Virus record (IMG/VR): IMGVR_UViG_3300002543_000011
Coordinates: 1 to 32,547 of that record
Direction: 5' to 3' (one strand)
From: a virus
Taxonomy: Duplodnaviria; Caudoviricetes
Length of the DNA stretch: 32,547 bases
The notes beneath the pieces are model-generated. The model was not told the origin of the DNA and made no database searches. It worked only from the letters and a program-made list of their open reading frames with translations. The position numbers and the translations under genes are program-made. This document shows, in pieces, positions 27,431 through 32,547 of this stretch. Within the stretch, counting starts at the first letter, position 1. Each line of letters begins with the position of its first letter.

Positions 27431-27654
27431 CCTTCCTCGCTCTCCTCATCCTCGACGCTGTTCACGAGCAGCTCGAACTCGCCTTCCTTCTCGCGCAGAC
27501 CCGAAAAGACCTCGGGCGTTGTCGACGGGATCTTGATGTCGAAGATAACGCCGTCGGCGTCTTCGAAGCGCAGCGTCGTATCGCCGACGTTCGCCGTGCC
27601 AGCGGCGTGCGGATCGGGGCCTCGGAACGTGCTCACCTTGATCGGCTTCTTCAT
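27427..27654 (-). CDS. Hypothetical protein (75 aa)
   Basis: MKKPIKVSTF...; ATGA overlaps at both ends. Confidence 0.65.
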   Translation of the reverse strand: MKKPIKVSTFRGPDPHAAGTANVGDTTLRFEDADGVIFDIKIPSTTPEVFSGLREKEGEFELLVNSVEDEESEEG

Positions 27655-28193
27655 GCCAGCCTCAAGAACGGATAGGGGTTGTAGGTCCAACGGTCGGGCA
27701 CCGGCAGGCTCGCGACCAGCCGCGTGCGATGCGTGTAGATTACATGCTTCTCGAGGAGCGGTCGAAGAAGCAAGCGCGCGACGCCGAGCCGTCGCCAGCG
27801 CCGCTTGACGTAGACGAAGTGGACGAGCGGCTGACGACCCGCCATGCCCGTCACCGCGAAGCCGCAGATGCCGCTTGGCACGCTCGGACGGCACGCGATC
27901 GTCACCGCGCCACGGTCGATGGCGACGTCGCGGAGCTGCGCGTGCTCGCGAAAATAGACGTCCGCGCCGCCGACGAGCTCGACCCAACCATAGCCGTTCG
28001 AGGCGTACTCGCGAAGCCACGTCTTCTGGACGAAACCGAGATCGTCGAAGCTCGCCGGTCGAATGATGAAGTCGCTGTCGCCCGCGAGTGCGCCGGCCTC
28101 GAGCGCCGCCTCGGCCATCGCGGGCCCGACGCGTTGAACCGCACGCTCGGCCGCACCATCGAGCTCTGCTTGAACGACGTCCTCGACGCTCAT
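27651..28193 (-). CDS. GNAT-family acetyltransferase
   Basis: IRPASFDDL, ICGFAV, HFVYVKRRWRRLGVARLLL (acetyl-CoA-binding motif A). Confidence 0.85.
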   Translation of the reverse strand: MSVEDVVQAELDGAAERAVQRVGPAMAEAALEAGALAGDSDFIIRPASFDDLGFVQKTWLREYASNGYGWVELVGGADVYFREHAQLRDVAIDRGAVTIACRPSVPSGICGFAVTGMAGRQPLVHFVYVKRRWRRLGVARLLLRPLLEKHVIYTHRTRLVASLPVPDRWTYNPYPFLRLA

Positions 28194-28453
28194 CCCCCCG
28201 CCGTGTACTGCACGATCACGTCGCCGTTCTCTTGCCGGATGAAGTCGATGCGATCGTTCTCGCCGAGCGCATCGATGTCCTCGCGTCTCACGCGGAGGCG
28301 CCCGTCGCGACGCGCGAGCGCGAAGATCAACGTGCGGAACTTATCGGCCATGTCGGCAACGGCGTTGGCCTCTTCGACAATCCGCCGCACGCGCTCCGCG
28401 TTGCGCTGCATCTTCTCGCGCGCCGCTGCCGCGCGCCGCTGCGCCCGGTTCAT
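28190..28453 (-). CDS. Hypothetical protein (87 aa)
   Basis: MNRAQRRAAA N-terminus; GGAGG SD; ATGA overlaps. Confidence 0.7.
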   Translation of the reverse strand: MNRAQRRAAAAREKMQRNAERVRRIVEEANAVADMADKFRTLIFALARRDGRLRVRREDIDALGENDRIDFIRQENGDVIVQYTAGG

Positions 28454-29028
28454 CGCGCGTCCTCCCTTTCGGGTTCGGCCGGCAAGGCCGGGGTGGGCTC
28501 GACGGCGAGCTCGGGGTGGTCCTCTTCGAGCCGACGAAGAGCTTCGTCGATTCGAGCGCGCTGCTCGAGCAGCTTGGCTCGAAGCTGCGCCGGCTCGAGA
28601 CCCTCGTACTGCCGCACGCTGAGGTCGATGCGCTCGGGCGCTCGAGCGCCGACGATGCGCGTGACGATGTCGCCGACGCGCGCGACGTCGGCGTGCGAAC
28701 CCTTCTCGTACGCGCGATGCAACGAGCGCACGAGCACGCTCGCCACGTCGACCTTCAGCCTCTCGGGATCGTTCGATATCGACGCGAGCCACACCACGCG
28801 CCGAGACGCCTCGGCAGCGAGGTGCTCGACCGTAGAGGTCGCGACCTTCCACTCTGCGGCGAGCTGCTCGGCGAGCTCCGAGCGCCACTCGTCGCGCTGC
28901 ATCAGCGACACGATGAAGTCGACGCGCGCGGCCGTCTCCCGGAACGTCGCCCTCTTCTCGCTGCGCGCGCGCACGACGCCGCTCGCGCTCGACACAATAC
29001 GTCGGCGGCTCTCCTTCCGCCCGGTCAC
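28450..29028 (-). CDS. Putative terminase small subunit
   Basis: First gene of the late region; HTH-like segment, helical core, GARAPERIDLSV beta strand; start GTG 29028 (or ATG 29034). Confidence 0.55.
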   Translation of the reverse strand: MTGRKESRRRIVSSASGVVRARSEKRATFRETAARVDFIVSLMQRDEWRSELAEQLAAEWKVATSTVEHLAAEASRRVVWLASISNDPERLKVDVASVLVRSLHRAYEKGSHADVARVGDIVTRIVGARAPERIDLSVRQYEGLEPAQLRAKLLEQRARIDEALRRLEEDHPELAVEPTPALPAEPEREDAR

Positions 29029-29095
29029 ACCCATCGACGTACGCCTGTACGCGTACGCGTCTTGGCGTGCAAGCCCAAACTGTCACTCGTGTCAC
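29028..29095 (-). promoter_or_regulatory. Late-promoter-like module, copy C
   Basis: GTGACA-CGA-GTGACA, N36, GCGTACGTCGAT-GGGT, GTG start. Confidence 0.6.
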
Positions 29096-30903
29096 TCATC
29101 GTCGAGCAGGTCCGAGAACGCGTGCCAGGGCTCGTCGTCGCTCCCAACGGAGGGGAGTGCAGGGGATGCAGGGGATGAAGGGCATGTTTCCAGTCCGTCT
29201 TTTGGAGATCGATCTCCCATAGCCTGGAAATAGGAGTTATCCCCTGCATCCCCTGCACTCGGCGAAAAACCGAGCGGTTTCGTGGCGATAGAGTGCTGGG
29301 GATGCTGCTGGGGATCCGATGTAGCATCCCCTGCATCCCCTGCACTGCGGACGACCCATCGAATGACGCCCGTGCGCTCGGAGAGGCCCTCGAAGCACTT
29401 GCCGCCGATGTTTCGGCGCCGAGCTTTTCGCAAGACATATCCGAGTTTTGCGGGGCTCGGGGGCTTGCCGAATTGCGCGTTCGTGAGGACCTCGATGGCC
29501 TCGCGCAGATCGTCGAACCCGTCCGGTGGTCGCTCGTGCGGCTTGCCCGAGTAGAGGATTTGGATGGCCGATTTTGCGGTGATGCCCTGTTCGCCGGCGA
29601 GCCGCGGCCACGCGCTAAGTAGCGACATTAGCGCAGCTTTTTCCGGCTCAGCTTCAGCGGAGCCGGAGGGCCGAGATCCCATCGGATTATCCGCACCCGC
29701 CCAGACGAGCGCCGGCGGGACCAGCGCGGACCACCCTTCGAAGGAGCCCCACGGCTTCGTCCCAACGTCCGGCCTACCGGCCACGATGTAGGCGCGGAGG
29801 AGCGTGAGCGCGGCGACGACGAGGCGGGCCCGGTGCCGCTTCACCCACGCTCGCAGATCCGCGATGCGGAAGTTCGTCCGGTCCTCGGGGCTCTCCTCGC
29901 GCGGCTCGAGACGGCTGAAAAGTACGCGTCGTGACGTATCGCCGGCGAGCTCGACGTTGTTCCCCGTGGCCATGATGACCGCGCGCCAGCGGAGCGACGG
30001 GACCTCACTCTTGCCGAGGATGCGGAGCTCAACGCTGTCGGTCGCCGTGAGGCATCGGTCCAACGGACCGCCGCCGAACGCGCGCGCCACGTTGTCGAAG
30101 TTGATGATGAGCGCGCCGCGCAGCGCGTAGCCGCCCAAGACTTTCTCGAGCTCCTCGTCGTTCGTGGGGTAGCCCATCTTCGCGCTCACGCGCCCCGTCG
30201 CGATGAGCGACACCACGTCGGCTTGGAGCGTCTTGCCCGAGCCGCGTGTGCTCGCGTCGAAGACGAAGCCGGGGACCGAGCCGATGATGGCTGGGCGCGC
30301 CACGATCGTGAGGATCGCCGCTAGCGTCGCGGCCCGGTGCGCGCCGTTCAGGTATGGGAAGTCAGCGAGCGGCTCGCTGAGCTCGGCGAGCGCACGTTGC
30401 GCGTCCTCGCGCGTCGGCGCGTCGGGGACGCCTGGGAAATCTTCGCTCGGCAGGAGCACGAAGCCCGTTTGCGCGTCGTAGCCGGCGCGCTGGATGATGC
30501 TGCCGTCGGGGCGCATCGACGGCGTCTCGATCACGCCGACGAGCGGACGGATGCCTTTCCACTGGCCGCGAGCGGCGACAGCACTGACGATGTGGTCCGT
30601 GGGTACGGCCGGGATCCACGCGTTCGTACGTCCGTCTCGCTTCCTCCACTGCGCGATGGCGGCGAGCCGCTCCCGCAGCGTCGCGAGCGAGAGTGAACGG
30701 ATCTGCGGCGTACCTTCGAGCGCCCGCGCGTCAGCTTCGTTCTCGGGCACGCGCACGACGTGTACGAGCTGTCCGTCACGCTGGTAGACGTGCGGGTCCT
30801 TCGCAAGCTCGACAACCGCTTCGTCGACTACGCGATCGAGGTCGACGTCGATCTTGATGATCGGCCGACGGTCCTTCTTTCCACCGGGGAGCGGGACGAG
30901 CAT
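29092..30903 (-). CDS. Phage replication P-loop NTPase (primase-associated helicase family)
   Basis: RGSGKT Walker A, INFDN Walker B, RILGKS, ATGNN, D.SRR arginine finger, C-terminal wHTH-like region; TGATG overlap sets the start. Confidence 0.8.
   Translation of the reverse strand: MLVPLPGGKKDRRPIIKIDVDLDRVVDEAVVELAKDPHVYQRDGQLVHVVRVPENEADARALEGTPQIRSLSLATLRERLAAIAQWRKRDGRTNAWIPAVPTDHIVSAVAARGQWKGIRPLVGVIETPSMRPDGSIIQRAGYDAQTGFVLLPSEDFPGVPDAPTREDAQRALAELSEPLADFPYLNGAHRAATLAAILTIVARPAIIGSVPGFVFDASTRGSGKTLQADVVSLIATGRVSAKMGYPTNDEELEKVLGGYALRGALIINFDNVARAFGGGPLDRCLTATDSVELRILGKSEVPSLRWRAVIMATGNNVELAGDTSRRVLFSRLEPREESPEDRTNFRIADLRAWVKRHRARLVVAALTLLRAYIVAGRPDVGTKPWGSFEGWSALVPPALVWAGADNPMGSRPSGSAEAEPEKAALMSLLSAWPRLAGEQGITAKSAIQILYSGKPHERPPDGFDDLREAIEVLTNAQFGKPPSPAKLGYVLRKARRRNIGGKCFEGLSERTGVIRWVVRSAGDAGDATSDPQQHPQHSIATKPLGFSPSAGDAGDNSYFQAMGDRSPKDGLETCPSSPASPALPSVGSDDEPWHAFSDLLDDE
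29156..29346. repeat. Iteron-like repeat cluster (candidate replication origin)
   Basis: 21-mer ATCCCCTGCATCCCCTGCACT at 29239 and 29326, exact inverse at 29156, degenerate inverse at 29292. Confidence 0.7.
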
Positions 30904-31166
30904 CAGATCACCTTCGTCGCGCCGCGAACCGCAGCAGCGAACCGCAAGAGGTCCTCGGCCGTCGAGACCCACCGTGTGAGCTCTGCGTGCGCGCGCTCCG
31001 CTCGCTTTCGGGCTCGCTCGAGCGCGACGAGCGCCTTGTCGAGCTCATCCTTCGCAGCATGCATCTGTCGACACGCCGCCTCGGCCGCGCCCATGACCAT
31101 CACGACGTCGATCCATTCCTGCTCGATCTCGGCCCAGAGCTCAGCGTCGCTCGCGTGCGTCGTCAC
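30903..31166 (-). CDS. Small coiled-coil hypothetical protein
   Basis: GTGA overlap upstream, TGATG downstream. Confidence 0.6.
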   Translation of the reverse strand: MTTHASDAELWAEIEQEWIDVVMVMGAAEAACRQMHAAKDELDKALVALERARKRAERAHAELTRWVSTAEDLLRFAAAVRGATKVI

Positions 31167-31678
31167 GGTAGCCGCCTCGCTTGCTCGACGAGCGCCATCG
31201 CCTCGTCCACACTCGTCGCGACGCCGGCGACGCCGCCGAACCGACGCACGACAGAGATCCATCGCTCTTGCACCTTGCTCAGCTTCCCGCGCGTCGAGGG
31301 GCGCTTGACTTCGATCGCGAGAAAGCGACCGTACGGAGGCACGACGCAGATCAGGTCAGCAACGCCGCGTCCGAGTCCGCGCCCGAACGCTGCGCGGAAG
31401 TCGACGTGGTGTTTCATGCACATCACGCCCGCTGTCGCGAGCGCGACACGGATCTCGATCTCGATGCCCTTCTCGCGTGGCTCCGTCGAGGTCGCGATGA
31501 GCACCCGCTCGCCGTCGACGATGCCATCGATGAATTTTTCCTTGCCGCTGCGGTTGGGTTGTGCGACAAAACGGTTGCGTTTACGCGCACTTAACTGAAC
31601 GTCCGACACCGCACGGATGTTCATTTCACGGCCCAAAAAAAGCCCGCTCTCTCGAGCGGGCGAAGCAGCCCGACCCAT
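31163..31678 (-). CDS. VRR-NUC (PD-(D/E)xK) nuclease / Holliday junction resolvase-like
   Basis: EKGIE, GVADL, FLAIEVK, GKLSKVQERW, SVDEA; start uncertain (31678, 31624 or later). Confidence 0.85.
   Translation of the reverse strand: MGRAASPARESGLFLGREMNIRAVSDVQLSARKRNRFVAQPNRSGKEKFIDGIVDGERVLIATSTEPREKGIEIEIRVALATAGVMCMKHHVDFRAAFGRGLGRGVADLICVVPPYGRFLAIEVKRPSTRGKLSKVQERWISVVRRFGGVAGVATSVDEAMALVEQARRLP
31635..31661 (-). terminator. Rho-independent terminator
   Basis: GCCCGCTC-GAGA-GAGCGGGC followed by T7 on the minus strand. Confidence 0.85.
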
Positions 31679-31684
31679 CTGCTA

Positions 31685-31743
31685 CCTCCTCCTCCTCATC
31701 ATCATCAGATGATCATCATCATCATCAGATGATCATCATCAGA
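31685..31743. repeat. ATC/CCT trinucleotide-based repeat with a perfect 20-bp tandem duplication
   Basis: ATCATCAGATGATCATCATC x2 (31701-31740), preceded by (CCT)4. Confidence 0.9.
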
Positions 31744-32545
31744 GCTGCGCCATCGCCGCTCGCTTCATCTCGGGAGTGACCCTCCTCCCGAACTTGTGTT
31801 CCCAGCATCGGATCGCCCATCCAAGCCGATAACCTCTCGAGCGTCCCACTCGCATGTAGCCAGCGAGCGCCTTGATCTGCTGCTCCTCGGGGAGCGCGCG
31901 CTCGCGCGCGAACCGATCCATCGGCAGCCCGAGCACGCGCGGCTTGCGCTTCTTCATCTCGCCCGTGTGCCCGCACTGCATGCACGTCGACGTCTCCGTC
32001 GGTGCTCCGCAGACCGGGCACCAGCGAACGTCTGCGCTGTCGGTCGCACGCCGAACCGCCTTGCCCTCGAGATGCCACGTTCGAGGCTCGTCGACGTCGC
32101 CGAGCGTGTGCGTGCAGCCCGTAGGGTCGATGAGCAGCATGCGCCGCTTGCCGGGAAAGAGGCGCATGCCGCGACCGGCGCGCTGGAGTAGCGCGCCCTG
32201 CGTTGCGCACGGCGCGGCGAGGATCACGGCCTCGGTGCGCGGGCAGTCCCATCCTTCGGTGAGGAGCTGCACGTTCGTCAGTACGCGGAGTTTGCCCTCG
32301 CCGAACAGCCGGAGCGCGTTGTCGCGCTCGTCCGTCGGCATGTCTCCCCAGACAGCGGCCGCGGGTACGCCGTGCGAGCAGAAGCGCTCAGCGAGCTTCT
32401 TTGCTGCCTCGACGCTCCGCTCGAAGATGACCGTGCTCATTCCCTCGGCGTAAGCCCACCAGCAGTCGTACGGATCCTTTGCGAGGTCGGCGCCGAGCGC
32501 GCGATCCGGTCGGATCGTCTCGCACGGGACGAGGTAGCCGCCGGC
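31739..32545 (-). CDS. Superfamily 2 helicase, C-terminal part with zinc ribbon (5' truncated by window)
   Basis: Frame open to the window end (GYLVP...); VLTNVQLLTEGWDCP motif V, QRAGRGMR motif VI, CPVC...CMQCG. Confidence 0.9.
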   Translation of the reverse strand, partial: AGGYLVPCETIRPDRALGADLAKDPYDCWWAYAEGMSTVIFERSVEAAKKLAERFCSHGVPAAAVWGDMPTDERDNALRLFGEGKLRVLTNVQLLTEGWDCPRTEAVILAAPCATQGALLQRAGRGMRLFPGKRRMLLIDPTGCTHTLGDVDEPRTWHLEGKAVRRATDSADVRWCPVCGAPTETSTCMQCGHTGEMKKRKPRVLGLPMDRFARERALPEEQQIKALAGYMRVGRSRGYRLGWAIRCWEHKFGRRVTPEMKRAAMAQL

Positions 32546-32547
32546 GA

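Larger units (their letters stand above)
1..32547. mobile_element. Temperate tailed phage (podovirus-like), partial genome
   Basis: Contiguous terminase-portal-scaffold-capsid-tail/ejection-lysis module, replication genes and a serine integrase; no tape measure or sheath seen; no host housekeeping genes. Confidence 0.95.

Noticed and set aside
21548-27808. Very long + strand ORFs (937 aa, 768 aa and others) antisense to structural genes
   Set aside because: Arg/Leu-rich shadow ORFs expected from high-GC codon bias; no motifs or SD sites
29044-29072. Stand-alone sigma70 promoter TTGCAC-N17-TACAGG
   Set aside because: Poor -10 and not shared with copies A and B; the conserved three-copy module explains the region better
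29156-31743. CRISPR array or DGR interpretation of the repeats
   Set aside because: The repeats alternate in orientation or lack spacers; no cas gene, reverse transcriptase or TR/VR pair was seen in the window

Overview
The whole window is a high-GC temperate tailed phage with podovirus-type gene order. No host genes are visible. The host is unknown; a myxobacterium is only a guess from composition. The left arm (+ strand, 1-4.9 kb) encodes a Sak4/AAA_24-like ATPase, an SSB-like protein, a structured tRNA-like element, a large serine integrase with an adjacent attP-like inverted repeat, and small accessory genes including an RHH regulator. The - strand carries, from 32.5 kb down to 4.9 kb: SF2 helicase, VRR-NUC nuclease, P-loop replication protein with internal iteron-like repeats, putative TerS, GNAT, TerL, a triple-HTH regulator, portal, scaffold, major capsid, adaptor, nozzle, three ejection-type proteins, a collagen fibre, a LamG-like protein and a lysis cassette with a DUF1906/GH25-like endolysin. 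The most notable observations are: (1) a conserved, apparently leaderless late-promoter module (GTGACA-N3-GYGACA ... GCGTACGWCGA ... GTG) at three late-gene junctions; (2) a ParB/Srx domain inserted in the largest ejection protein; (3) a mini-ORF relay and attenuator-like structure after the helicase; (4) a tRNA-like RNA; (5) a triplicated S74 autocleavage motif. All family calls come from motif recognition and gene order, not database searches.
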